From contig CAVYJZ010000009.1 in assembly GCA_963768985.1 (NCBI GenBank), positions 74,188 through 138,187 on the forward strand: a stretch of 64,000 nucleotides of DNA, written 5' to 3'. Shown here piece after piece: positions 8,774-18,607 of this stretch (the stretch's first letter is position 1; each line of letters opens with the position of its first letter). A program made the position numbers and the translations under genes. The notes under the pieces were generated by a model. That model worked only from the letters and a program-made list of their open reading frames with translations, was not told the origin of the DNA and searched no databases. This DNA comes from an uncultured delta proteobacterium. GTDB taxonomy: Bacteria; Myxococcota_A; Polyangia; Polyangiales; Houyiibacteriaceae.

Positions 8774-10627
8774 ATGGACGAAACCGGAGCGCAAACAAGC
8801 GACGATAAGCCCTGGGAGTTTGCCGGCTGGGGACACGCGGAACGGCTCACCGGACTCGATTCCACGAATCTCCCGTTCAAGCGGCTCGATCAGGCCGAGA
8901 AGCATTTGCTTGGGACCTGGCGGGCTACTGCGATCTGCGGCAACGACATCAGCTCCAGCGTGCTCTACGTGTCCGCACTTTGTGCGGCCCAGGCCGGAGC
9001 CCTGGCTCCGATCGTCTTGGTGATCGTAGCGGTCGTGTTGTACTTGTACCAGAAGATCTACGCGGAAGTGGGTAGCGCGATCCCGCTCAACGGCGGCACC
9101 TACACCGTTCTGCTGAACACGACCAACAAGCGCCTGGCCGCAGGCGCCGCGTGCCTCACGCTACTCTCCTACATCGCGACTGCCGTCATCAGCGCGAGCG
9201 AAGGGATGCACTATGCGCACAACCTTTGGGAGGGGCTTCCCGTCTTCGAGGCGACGATCGGGGTGCTTGCGCTCTTTGCCTTCCTCGGGATCATCGGCAT
9301 CGGAGAATCCGCCGTCGTCGCGCTCGGCATCTTCATCTTTCACATCGGCGTGCTGTCCGTCCTCGCGGTCGCCGGCACGATCGTGGTGGCGCAGAATCCG
9401 TCGCTGCTCATCGACAACTGGCATCTTCCATCCGAAGTCAGCGTTCCACACGCTCTGTTCTTTGGCTTTGCAGCAGCGATGCTGGGGATCAGCGGCTTTG
9501 AAAGCTCCGCCAACTTCATCGAGGAGCAAAAAAGCGGCGTGTTCCCAAAGACCCTACGAAACATGTGGATCGTGGTCTCCATCTTCAATCCCTTGATGAG
9601 CCTTCTCTCGCTCGGCCTGCTTCCCCTAGCCGACATTCAGAAGGTTCCCCCGGACCTCCTGGCCCAGATGGGAGAGGTTGCGATGGGGCGAGAGCTCGGA
9701 TTGCTCGTGAGCGTAGATGCAGTCCTAGTCCTGTCGGGCGCGGTGCTCACGAGCTTCGTAGGCGTGACTGGTCTCGCGCGGCGAATGGCCCTCGACCGCA
9801 TCCTGCCGCAATTTCTTCTGCGCGAGAACAAAGCGCGCGGAACGAACCATTGGATCTTGGTTGGGTTCCTCCTCCTCTGTGTCTCCATCCTGTTGATCAC
9901 CAACGCGGAGATCTCGTCGCTTGCAGGTGTTTACACGCTCGCGTTCCTGAGCGTCATGGCTCTCTTCGCGGTTGGAAACATGCTCCTCAAGGTGAAGCGG
10001 TCCAGGCTTCCCCGGGCGGTTCGCGCGAGTTGGCCGACGGTCGTCGTTGCGCTCATTGCGGTGCTGCTCGGGCTGCTAGGCAATGCTCTGCTGGATCCGA
10101 TCAACATCCAGATCTTCGAAGCGTATTTCTTCGTCACGGCAGGGGTGGTGGCACTCATGTTCTTGCGCCGCGAGATCTTGAAAGGCGTGTTGTATGTATC
10201 GAGAGCCATCGTCGAGAACCTCGGCAACGCCAGCAACTGGTTCAATCGGCTCATCGCCGGAGAGATTCGACGAATCAACGAGAGCGCGGTGATCTATTTC
10301 ACCCGTGGTGACAACATCGTCACCCTGAATAGGGCCGTCCTCTACGTCCTGGCAAACGAGCAAACCTCACACCTCAAGGTGATGCACGTATACGAAAGGG
10401 AGTCCGAAATCCCTGCCCAACTCGCAGAGCAACTCACCACGATCGACCACCTCTATCCCGAGCTCCGGGTGGATTTCGTCGCGGTTCAGGGTGGGTTCAC
10501 TCCCCAACTCATCGAAGCCATATCGCAGCGTTATAAGATACCCAAGAACTACATGTTCATCGGGACGCCCGGCGACCACTTCCCGCACCGAATCGAGGAG
10601 CTGGGCGGCGTTCGTTTGGTCCTGTGA
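8774..10627 (+). CDS. APC-superfamily permease with a C-terminal cytoplasmic domain
   Basis: 617 aa with ~12 predicted TM segments, an N-terminus typical of amino acid/polyamine permeases, and a soluble tail of ~150 aa. Confidence 0.8.
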   Translation: MDETGAQTSDDKPWEFAGWGHAERLTGLDSTNLPFKRLDQAEKHLLGTWRATAICGNDISSSVLYVSALCAAQAGALAPIVLVIVAVVLYLYQKIYAEVGSAIPLNGGTYTVLLNTTNKRLAAGAACLTLLSYIATAVISASEGMHYAHNLWEGLPVFEATIGVLALFAFLGIIGIGESAVVALGIFIFHIGVLSVLAVAGTIVVAQNPSLLIDNWHLPSEVSVPHALFFGFAAAMLGISGFESSANFIEEQKSGVFPKTLRNMWIVVSIFNPLMSLLSLGLLPLADIQKVPPDLLAQMGEVAMGRELGLLVSVDAVLVLSGAVLTSFVGVTGLARRMALDRILPQFLLRENKARGTNHWILVGFLLLCVSILLITNAEISSLAGVYTLAFLSVMALFAVGNMLLKVKRSRLPRAVRASWPTVVVALIAVLLGLLGNALLDPINIQIFEAYFFVTAGVVALMFLRREILKGVLYVSRAIVENLGNASNWFNRLIAGEIRRINESAVIYFTRGDNIVTLNRAVLYVLANEQTSHLKVMHVYERESEIPAQLAEQLTTIDHLYPELRVDFVAVQGGFTPQLIEAISQRYKIPKNYMFIGTPGDHFPHRIEELGGVRLVL

Positions 10628-10693
10628 CGACGCGAATTGACCTGCGCCAATCGGGGCCCTATGGACTGGAACCCGTCCAATGGAAAGTGGCGT

Positions 10694-11866
10694 ATGAACC
10701 GTGTCCTTTTCGTCCATGCGCGAGTTGGAAGTCTCGTAGTAGGCCTCGCAGCCTTCTTGGCGTCTGCCGGATGCCACAAGCAGGGCGGGGGTCCGCCACC
10801 TGCCCCGCCCGAAGTCGTCGTCGCGGCACCGACTAAAAGATCCGTCACCGAATGGGACGAATACCCTGGGAGGGTCCAAGCGGTGCAGTCGGTAGAGATT
10901 CGCGCACGCGTAGGCGGCTACCTGCAGTCGGTAAATTTTAGTGACGGCGCTGACGTGGAAGAGGGAGCTCTTCTGTTCGTGATCGATCCCCGTCCGTACC
11001 GTGCCACGCTCAAAGCTGCGGAGGCGGGCCTCGCTCAGGCCAAGGCAAGGGTGGAAACATCCGCCCTCTTGCTCAAGCGGGCCCAAGCGATCAAGGAATC
11101 CGGCGCGGTCTCCCAAGATACTCTCGACACACGGCTGCAAGACAGCCTCACCGCCCAGGCGGACCTGCAGTCAGCCCAGGCCGCTGTCGATAGCGCCCGA
11201 CTCGACATGGGCTGGACCCACGTGCGCGCGCCGATCTCCGGTCGATTGGGTCGAAGACTGGTCGTTCCCGGCGACTTGGTGGAAGGCAGCACGGCCGGGT
11301 CGACGCTCCTCACGACGATCGTTTCCGAGAATCCGGTCTATTTCTACTTCACGGTCAATGAGGACGCCGCGCTTCGTTACGCACGGAGCTGGGGCGCTCC
11401 AAACGACGAACCACCTGAAGCGATCCCTGCCCAGCTCGTCGACGAGTTGGGGACTCTGCACGAGGGGCACGTCGACTTCGTCGACAACCGCATCGATGAG
11501 AAATCGGGCACGCAAGAGCTGAGGGCGGTCTTCCCCAACGACGACGGACACCTGATTCCGGGCATGTTTGGCACCGTGCGCATCCCCAACGGAGCGCCTC
11601 GTGAGGCCATGCTCATTCCCGATCAAGCGATCATGGCGGACCAGACGATTCAGTTCGTCTTCGTCGTGGGGGCTGAAAATCTCGTCGAGCGTCGGACCGT
11701 CCAGCTCGGCCCCGTGATCGACGGTCTACGGCTGATCCGCGACGGGCTCGAGCCGGACGATCGCGTGATCATCGAAGGCACGCAACGAGCTCGTCCCGGC
11801 TCCCCTGTCACCCCCACGGCAGAAACGCCGAGCAGCCCGACCTCCGAGCCGAGTGCTTCGCAATGA
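10694..11866 (+). CDS. RND efflux periplasmic adaptor (membrane fusion protein, AcrA-like)
   Basis: The start was moved to ATG 10694, giving MNRVLFVHARVGSLVVGLAAFLASAGC (lipobox). The protein has HlyD/MFP-like coiled-coil and barrel segments. An ATGA overlap links it to the downstream pump gene. Confidence 0.8.
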   Translation: MNRVLFVHARVGSLVVGLAAFLASAGCHKQGGGPPPAPPEVVVAAPTKRSVTEWDEYPGRVQAVQSVEIRARVGGYLQSVNFSDGADVEEGALLFVIDPRPYRATLKAAEAGLAQAKARVETSALLLKRAQAIKESGAVSQDTLDTRLQDSLTAQADLQSAQAAVDSARLDMGWTHVRAPISGRLGRRLVVPGDLVEGSTAGSTLLTTIVSENPVYFYFTVNEDAALRYARSWGAPNDEPPEAIPAQLVDELGTLHEGHVDFVDNRIDEKSGTQELRAVFPNDDGHLIPGMFGTVRIPNGAPREAMLIPDQAIMADQTIQFVFVVGAENLVERRTVQLGPVIDGLRLIRDGLEPDDRVIIEGTQRARPGSPVTPTAETPSSPTSEPSASQ

Positions 11867-14800
11867 AATTTGCGCACTTCTTCATCGAGCGGCCCAGGTT
11901 CGCGTCGGTGCTTTCGATCCTCTTCGTCGTGGTTGGGCTTTTGGCCTACTTCAGCCTGCCCGTCGCTCAGTATCCGCAGATCGCGCCGCCGACCGTGACG
12001 GTTCAGGCCAACTATCCGGGAGCCACGCCGCAGGCGATCGCGGAAACGGTTGCGACACCGATCGAAGAGCAGATCAACGGCGTCGAGAACATGCTCTACA
12101 TGAGCTCCCAGGCGACCAACGACGGCTCGATGCGCATGACGGTCACCTTCAAACCCGGGACCGATCTCGACATTGCGCAGGTCCAAGTCCAGAACCGCGT
12201 CGCCATCGCTGAACCGAGGTTGCCAGAGGAGGTCCGCCGCACCGGGGTCCTGGTGCAAAAGAGCTCGCCCGACCTCATGATGGTCATCCATCTCCGGTCT
12301 CCGAATGGAAAATTCGACGACCTCTATGTGAGCAACTACGCGGTCCTACACGTCCGCGACGCACTCGCCCGCATCGATGGGGTTGGCAGCCTCACCATCT
12401 TCGGGGCGCGCGAGTACAGCATGCGCATCTGGTTGGATCCCGATCGCTTGTCGGCGCTCGATCTGACGGCAGCCGATGTCGTGCAAACGTTGCAAGCTCA
12501 GAACGTACAAATCATCGGTGGAGGGCTCAATCAACCGCCAATGCCTGATCAAGGCGCCTTCCAACTCGTGGTGAGCGCCGGCGGGCGCTTCGTCGACGCG
12601 GAAGAGTTCGGCAATGCCATCCTGAAAAGCGACGCGGACGGCCGGGTGACCCGAGTGAAGGACATCGCTCGGATCGAGCTGGGGGGCTTGAGCTACTCCA
12701 CGAATAGCTATCTCGATGGCCATGCAGCGGTCGGCCTCGGCATCTTTCAGCTCCCCGGCAGCAATTTGCTCGAGACGGCGACCGCGCTCCGCGCGAAGAT
12801 GGCCGAGCTCGCCACCAGCTTCCCAAAGGGCCTCGAGTACGAGATCGCATACGACCCCACCGTGTTCGTGGAGGATTCGGTGTCGGCGGTGTACGAGACG
12901 ATCCTCGAGGCCGTTCTCCTGGTCATCTTGGTCATCGTTGCCTTTCTCCAGTCGTGGAGGACCGCGATCATTCCGATCGCGGCGATTCCAGTCTCGCTCA
13001 TCGGCACCTTTGCTACGATGGCTGCCTTCGGTTTCTCGTTGAACAACTTGTCGTTGTTCGGCCTGGTGCTCGCGATCGGTGTCGTCGTGGACGATGCGAT
13101 CGTGGTGGTCGAGAACATCGAGCGCAATATCGAGAACGGCATGAACCCTCGTGAAGCTGCGCACGTCACGATGGATGAGGTCGGTTCGGCGCTCGTTGCA
13201 ATGGCGCTAGTGCTGGCGGCAGTGTTCCTTCCGACGGCGTTTCTCGGTGGCATTCCGGGTCAGTTCTTCCGTCAGTTTGCTTTGACTATTTCCACGGCCG
13301 TCATCATCTCGGGTTTCAATTCGCTGACCCTGAGCCCTGCACTCGGCGCCTTGGTCATGAAGCCGAAGGACGCGCCCAAGGGGAAGATCGGGCAAGCGAT
13401 CGGACGCCTGGTTGAACCCTTCTATCGACTGTTCAACCGCGGACTCAAGGCCGGCACCGATCGGTACGTCGGATCGCTAGGGCCGGTTCTGGCCCGTCCC
13501 AAGATTGCGGTATCCGTGTTCCTCGTGCTGCTCGTCTTGACGGGCGTAGTTTTGTCCCGCGTGCCCGGTGGATTCATTCCCGAACAGGATCAGGGCTATC
13601 TCATCGTGGCGGGACAGCTCCCACAAGGGGCCGCGTTGGCGAGAACCGACGAGGTGGTGAAGGCTGCCGGGGAACGGATTCGCTCCATCGCAGGCGTGAA
13701 TCACACGGTCGAGATCATCGGCTTCTCCGGTGCAACGTTCAGCGCAGCATCCAACGCTGCTGCGATCTTCGTCACGCTCAAGCCTTTTTCGCAACGGGGT
13801 CGGTCACAGAGCTCGACCGCGATCGCACAGCAGGTGTCGGGCCTCCTCGCAGAGATCCGCAAAGGACAGTTCTTCGTGATCCAGCCGCCGCCGGTTCGGG
13901 GGTTGGGCCGAGGGGGTGGCTTCAAGATGATGGTCGAGGACCGTTCCGGTCTGGGTCTGCAGACGCTCGAAGCGAAGACATGGGAGCTCATAGGCGCTGC
14001 CAATCAAACGCCAGGGTTGCAGCGTGTCTTCAGCACGTTCAGCGTCTCAACGCCGCAATACGATCTCGACATCGACCGCAGTCGTGCGGAGATGCTCGGC
14101 GTGCCGCTGGAGAGCGTGTTCAACACGCTCGCGATTTACCTTGGCTCCGCCTACGTCAATGACTTCAATCGCTTCGGGCGTGTGTATCGGGTGATCGCCC
14201 AAGTCGACGCTCCGTTTCGGCGATCCCCGGAGGACATCAAGCGTCTGCGGGTGAGAAACGCCAGCGGCACGATGGTGCCGCTCGGTTCCTTCGTGAGCGT
14301 TCGTCGAACTACCGGGCCAGACCGTTTGGTTCGATACAACCTCTATCCTGCGACCGAAGTGCAGGGTGCGGCTGCACCAGGCACCAGCTCCGGGGATGCG
14401 CTCGACGCGATGGAAACACTTGCAAGGCGGATCCTCCCGGCCGGCATGAGCTTTGAATGGACGGAGATGGCCTTTCAAGAGAAGGCCGTAGGCAGTCTCG
14501 GGCTATTGGTTTTCCCATTGAGCGTGTTTTTCGCCTTCCTGTTTCTCACCGCGCAATACGAGAGTTGGTCGCTTCCCATCGCCATCATTCTCATCGTTCC
14601 CTTGTGCATCTTGTTCGCGTTGCTCGGCGTTTGGCTTCGCGGAATGGAGAACAACATCCTCACCCAAATTGGCTTCATCGTGCTGATCGGACTTTCGAGT
14701 AAGAACGCGATCTTGATCGTCGAATTTGCCAAGCAGCAAGAAGACCTCGGCAAAGATCGCGTGTCGGCGGCGATCGAGGCGGCCCGTCTGCGGCTGCGCC

Positions 14801-15003
14801 CAATCCTGATGACCGCATTTTCATTCATCTTGGGCGTCGTGCCGCTGGCGCTTGCCTCTGGCGCCGGAGCTGAAATGCGACAGACGCTGGGCACAGCCGT
14901 ATTCAGCGGGATGCTGGGCGTTACGCTGGTCGGCCTCTTCCTCACGCCGGTGTTCTACGTGATTATCCGCGGTCTGGTGACACGAGGGAAGTCCGACGGC
15001 TAA
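11863..15003 (+). CDS. RND multidrug efflux permease (AcrB/MexB family)
   Basis: 1046 aa. MKFAHFFIERPRFA... is a canonical HAE1 N-terminus, and the protein has the 12-TM architecture. Confidence 0.9.
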   Translation: MKFAHFFIERPRFASVLSILFVVVGLLAYFSLPVAQYPQIAPPTVTVQANYPGATPQAIAETVATPIEEQINGVENMLYMSSQATNDGSMRMTVTFKPGTDLDIAQVQVQNRVAIAEPRLPEEVRRTGVLVQKSSPDLMMVIHLRSPNGKFDDLYVSNYAVLHVRDALARIDGVGSLTIFGAREYSMRIWLDPDRLSALDLTAADVVQTLQAQNVQIIGGGLNQPPMPDQGAFQLVVSAGGRFVDAEEFGNAILKSDADGRVTRVKDIARIELGGLSYSTNSYLDGHAAVGLGIFQLPGSNLLETATALRAKMAELATSFPKGLEYEIAYDPTVFVEDSVSAVYETILEAVLLVILVIVAFLQSWRTAIIPIAAIPVSLIGTFATMAAFGFSLNNLSLFGLVLAIGVVVDDAIVVVENIERNIENGMNPREAAHVTMDEVGSALVAMALVLAAVFLPTAFLGGIPGQFFRQFALTISTAVIISGFNSLTLSPALGALVMKPKDAPKGKIGQAIGRLVEPFYRLFNRGLKAGTDRYVGSLGPVLARPKIAVSVFLVLLVLTGVVLSRVPGGFIPEQDQGYLIVAGQLPQGAALARTDEVVKAAGERIRSIAGVNHTVEIIGFSGATFSAASNAAAIFVTLKPFSQRGRSQSSTAIAQQVSGLLAEIRKGQFFVIQPPPVRGLGRGGGFKMMVEDRSGLGLQTLEAKTWELIGAANQTPGLQRVFSTFSVSTPQYDLDIDRSRAEMLGVPLESVFNTLAIYLGSAYVNDFNRFGRVYRVIAQVDAPFRRSPEDIKRLRVRNASGTMVPLGSFVSVRRTTGPDRLVRYNLYPATEVQGAAAPGTSSGDALDAMETLARRILPAGMSFEWTEMAFQEKAVGSLGLLVFPLSVFFAFLFLTAQYESWSLPIAIILIVPLCILFALLGVWLRGMENNILTQIGFIVLIGLSSKNAILIVEFAKQQEDLGKDRVSAAIEAARLRLRPILMTAFSFILGVVPLALASGAGAEMRQTLGTAVFSGMLGVTLVGLFLTPVFYVIIRGLVTRGKSDG

Positions 15004-15047
15004 GCGAATGAAGATCGACCGCGTTCGGCGCGGCGAGGACTGGAAGG

Positions 15048-16346
15048 GTGATGCGACGCACACGCGGATTCGTTGATTTGGTGTTCGACGTGGTCGAGGA
15101 GACCACAAACCTCGTGCAGCGGACGCACGACGCCGTCGTGGATCGCTCCGTGCGGCGCTTTGCCCCGATCGAGCCCGTCAAAACGCCGGCCAAGCTCGTC
15201 ACCGGTGTCGAGACGGCGATCTCGGGGGGCGTCTTCGAGTCGATTCGGCTGCTCAACGGGGTCGCCCGCTTCGCGGTCAATGCCCTCGCCGACGTTGCTG
15301 AAGCGGGCCTCGAGCAAAACACCGACCCGGACGCCCTCGCGCTCGCAACTCCCATCGAGTCCACCGCCGCGGGGACGGCGAGCTGGTACGTGGACTATTT
15401 GCAGGCATCGCTCAACGGTTTTTGGGGTGACCACCTGAGCCGAAAGAACAGCCGCCTCGACCTCGGGATGACTCTCCGGCACCACGGCCGAGATCTCCCG
15501 GCGACCCCAGAAGCTTTCGCGGCGGCGTTCCCCAACCCGACGAGCAAGGTCTGCGTCTTCGTGCACAGCTTGGCGGCGACCGAGTGGCTGTGGAGCCTGT
15601 CCTCGAAGGAGCACTACGGTGATCCCGACGTGACGTTCGGCACGCGGCTCCGCGATGACCTCGGATTCACGCCGATCTACCTTCGATACAACACGGGACG
15701 GCACATCTCGGAGAATGGACGCGCGTTGGCTGAGTTGCTGACCGACGTTCTGGAAGCGTACCCCGTGCCCGTCGAAGAGATCGTGCTCGTTGGGCACAGC
15801 ATGGGCGGACTGGTCGTTCGTAGCGCGGCGCACTACGCGCGCGAGCACGACGAGCCTTGGATCGCACACCTCCGCCACGTAGCGTGCATCGGCTCGCCGC
15901 ATCTCGGTGCGCCTCTCGAAAAAGCGGTAAACCTGCTCACGAGCGCGCTCCGAAAGGTGGAGGCAGCGGGCACGCAAGTTCCAGCGGCGCTGCTCGATAG
16001 CCGCAGCGCCGGGGTCAAAGACCTCCGTTATGGCTACACCGTCGACGAGGAGTGGGCAGGAAAGGACCCAGACGAGGTGTTCGCCGATGCCCGGCAGAAC
16101 GTGCCCCTGGTCGATGGCGTCGGGTACTACTTCCTGGCGGCGACGATTTCGAAAGATCCCGAGCATCCTCTCGGCCAGCTGCTCGGCGATTTGATGGTTC
16201 GGCTGCCGAGTGCGTCGGGGGAGGCGCCTGAGGATGCGCGCCGGATCCACTTCTCCAGCGGTGCGGTGTTTCCCGGGATGAATCACATTCACATCGCCAA
16301 CCACCCCGAGGTCTACGAGGCTTTGCGCGGCTTGTTGGCGGCATAG
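15048..16346 (+). CDS. Alpha/beta-hydrolase (lipase/esterase-like, PGAP1-type)
   Basis: 432 aa with the GHSMGG nucleophile elbow. The longer antisense ORF at 15000-16493 is Arg-rich shadow sequence. Confidence 0.7.
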   Translation: MMRRTRGFVDLVFDVVEETTNLVQRTHDAVVDRSVRRFAPIEPVKTPAKLVTGVETAISGGVFESIRLLNGVARFAVNALADVAEAGLEQNTDPDALALATPIESTAAGTASWYVDYLQASLNGFWGDHLSRKNSRLDLGMTLRHHGRDLPATPEAFAAAFPNPTSKVCVFVHSLAATEWLWSLSSKEHYGDPDVTFGTRLRDDLGFTPIYLRYNTGRHISENGRALAELLTDVLEAYPVPVEEIVLVGHSMGGLVVRSAAHYAREHDEPWIAHLRHVACIGSPHLGAPLEKAVNLLTSALRKVEAAGTQVPAALLDSRSAGVKDLRYGYTVDEEWAGKDPDEVFADARQNVPLVDGVGYYFLAATISKDPEHPLGQLLGDLMVRLPSASGEAPEDARRIHFSSGAVFPGMNHIHIANHPEVYEALRGLLAA

Positions 16347-16372
16347 CCAGGTCGATGCAAAGCTGAGGTCCA

Positions 16373-17497
16373 ATGGTGCCTCAACGACCTTTGGATTCTG
16401 TAGTGGACGAAGTTCGCGCCGCGCTTGGCCCCACGCTCCAGCGCTTTGGCCCGGACTACTGGCGGAGTCAGGACGCAGCCGGGACCTTTCCAACAGCGTT
16501 CTTCGATACGATCGGCGACGCTGGTTACTTTGGCACCTTCATTCCGGAGCCGTATGGCGGCGCAGACGCCGGACCTCGGGTCGCTGCGGTTCTAGTCGAG
16601 GAAATCAACCGTGCCGGGGGCGATGCCGCCTCCGTCAATGCCCAGATGGCCATCTGTCGAACCCTCGTGCTGCATGGCAGTGAAGAGCAGAAGCATCGGT
16701 ACCTGCCCGGCGTTGCATCCGGTTCCATCCGTTTCCTCACGGTCGCAGCAACGGAGCCCGACAGCGGCGCGAACATGGCCGAGCTCGCGAGCAGCGCACG
16801 CCGTGATGGCGACGACTGGGTGATCAACGCGAACAAGGTCTTGATCTCCTTTGCCGAGCAGACGCGTTTGATGATCCTTCTCGCACGCGCCGAGGAAGGC
16901 ACGACGCTCTTCCTGCTCGACCTCGACGAGATCGGTGACCAGGTGGAGATGCATCCCATCGACCTCGTCGCTCACCGAATGACGTCGAGCCTATTCATCG
17001 ACGAGCTGCGGGTGCCGGATAGCATGCGCATCGGGCCGGCGGGCGCGGGGCTGGCCTGTCTGATGAAGGGCTTCGTGATTCGCCGAGTCTTGGCCGCCTC
17101 GGAGGCGATCGGCAACGCGCGCTTCCTGCTCGATCGCAGCGTGGAATACGCGAAAACCCGCAAGACCTTCGGGCAGTTGATCGGCGTCCACCAAGGCATC
17201 CAATACCCGCTGGTTCAGGCCTACTCCAAGGTCGAAGCGGCAGATCTGATGCGCTGGGATGTCCTCGACCTGCTCGATCGGGGCAAGGACGCAGTCCCGC
17301 GCTCAGCGATGGCGAAAGTCTTGGCTTCCGAGGCAGCCTGGGAGACCTCCCGCGCCGCGCTCACGACATTTGGTGGATGGGGCCTCGCCTCGGAGTACCA
17401 CGTCGAACGCAAGCTCCGCGAAAGCACCGTCTACGTGTTCAACAATTTGCTGATGAACCTGATCGCCGATCGAGCGCTCGGCCTTCCCAAGAAGTAA
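16373..17497 (+). CDS. Acyl-CoA dehydrogenase family protein
   Basis: 374 aa with the typical ACAD three-domain layout and a C-terminal ...TVYVFNNLLMNLIADRALGLP ending. Confidence 0.85.
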   Translation: MVPQRPLDSVVDEVRAALGPTLQRFGPDYWRSQDAAGTFPTAFFDTIGDAGYFGTFIPEPYGGADAGPRVAAVLVEEINRAGGDAASVNAQMAICRTLVLHGSEEQKHRYLPGVASGSIRFLTVAATEPDSGANMAELASSARRDGDDWVINANKVLISFAEQTRLMILLARAEEGTTLFLLDLDEIGDQVEMHPIDLVAHRMTSSLFIDELRVPDSMRIGPAGAGLACLMKGFVIRRVLAASEAIGNARFLLDRSVEYAKTRKTFGQLIGVHQGIQYPLVQAYSKVEAADLMRWDVLDLLDRGKDAVPRSAMAKVLASEAAWETSRAALTTFGGWGLASEYHVERKLRESTVYVFNNLLMNLIADRALGLPKK

Positions 17498-17506
17498 TCG
17501 CCCCGC

Positions 17507-18607
17507 TCAGGCCGGCTGGGCGCCTGGCTGATACGCACAAAGCGGATCCTCGCCGAGCGCGTCGCCGGTCATTGCGTACGCGCGTGCTCGTGAGCCCCCG
17601 CAGGCGAACTTGAACTCGCATCGGCCGCAGCGGCCCTTGTAGTTGACCGGGTCCTGAATCTCGTGAAGCGCTTCGGACTCGCGGTAGATTTCATGTAGCG
17701 CTTGCTCTTTCACGTTGCCGAGGAGTGGGTACGGCAAGAAGCCGGCGGGATGCACCTCGCCGAGATGCGAAACGAAGATCACGCCATTGCCGTCGCGGAT
17801 CCCAAACGCCATTTGCCGCGCGTGCGCTTGGATCTCCTGAACCGACATGCCCTCCTCGAGCTTCTGTTGAATCCAGTAACGCCGATAGTGCGGCGCCTCG
17901 GTCGTGCCGACTCGGAACGGAGCTGCGTCCGCCACCGAATAGACCCACTCGAATAGCTTTTCGACGTCGTCTGCGCTCGGTGTGCTGAGCTCGGTCCCAC
18001 GGCCCACTGGCACCAACAAGAAGAGACTCCACCGTCGAACCGGAGGCGCCGCCTTGTCCCGCAAGAGCTCGTACATCGCTTGCACATGAGGGAGCGTTTG
18101 TGCCGTGATCGTCGTGTTGACCTGCACTGGGATGTGAAATTCGCGGGCCCATTGCAGCGCACGCATCGAGTAGTCGAAGGTACCAGGGACGTTTCGAAAC
18201 GCGTCGTGAATCTCGGCGGTCGGCCCGTCGAGGCTGACACCCATTGCGCTGACGCCGAGCTCGCGGAACCGATCGACCGTCTCGCGTTGCAGCAGCGGCG
18301 TCGTGCTCGGGGTGATCGACACGTGAATCGGCAGCGAGCGCCCATATTCGATCAGCTCGGCGATGTCCGGGCGCTTGAGCGGGTCACCGCCCGTCAGCAC
18401 CAGCATGCTCCCGAGCTCTCGGACACTGCGCATCAAGGCTTTGCCCTGTTCGGTCGTCAGCTCGCCGGGGTCGCGATGGGGTATCGCGCTCGCGCGGCAA
18501 TGTTGGCAGGCCAGGTCGCAGGAGATGGTCGTCTCCCAGTACACATTGCGCGGCTGGCGCCGGTAAATGAACCCCTGATACTTGGTCCCAACGGTTTGAA
18601 GCTCCAT
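17507..18607 (-). CDS. Radical SAM/SPASM-domain enzyme (NirJ/AhbD/PqqE-like)
   Basis: The start was set at MELQTVG (ATG 18605-18607), because the upstream part of the 499-aa ORF overlaps the next gene and is Arg-rich. It has the CDLACQHC (CX3CX2C) cluster, GGDPL, and the C-terminal cysteine motif CGRCEFKFACGGSRARA...DPLC. Confidence 0.8.
   Translation of the reverse strand: MELQTVGTKYQGFIYRRQPRNVYWETTISCDLACQHCRASAIPHRDPGELTTEQGKALMRSVRELGSMLVLTGGDPLKRPDIAELIEYGRSLPIHVSITPSTTPLLQRETVDRFRELGVSAMGVSLDGPTAEIHDAFRNVPGTFDYSMRALQWAREFHIPVQVNTTITAQTLPHVQAMYELLRDKAAPPVRRWSLFLLVPVGRGTELSTPSADDVEKLFEWVYSVADAAPFRVGTTEAPHYRRYWIQQKLEEGMSVQEIQAHARQMAFGIRDGNGVIFVSHLGEVHPAGFLPYPLLGNVKEQALHEIYRESEALHEIQDPVNYKGRCGRCEFKFACGGSRARAYAMTGDALGEDPLCAYQPGAQPA

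Noticed and set aside
15000-16493. A 497-aa minus-strand ORF covers the whole alpha/beta-hydrolase gene.
   Set aside because: It is Arg/Pro/Gly-rich with no motifs, which is typical of an antisense shadow ORF in GC-rich DNA. The plus-strand ORF has a GHSMGG nucleophile elbow and protein-like composition.
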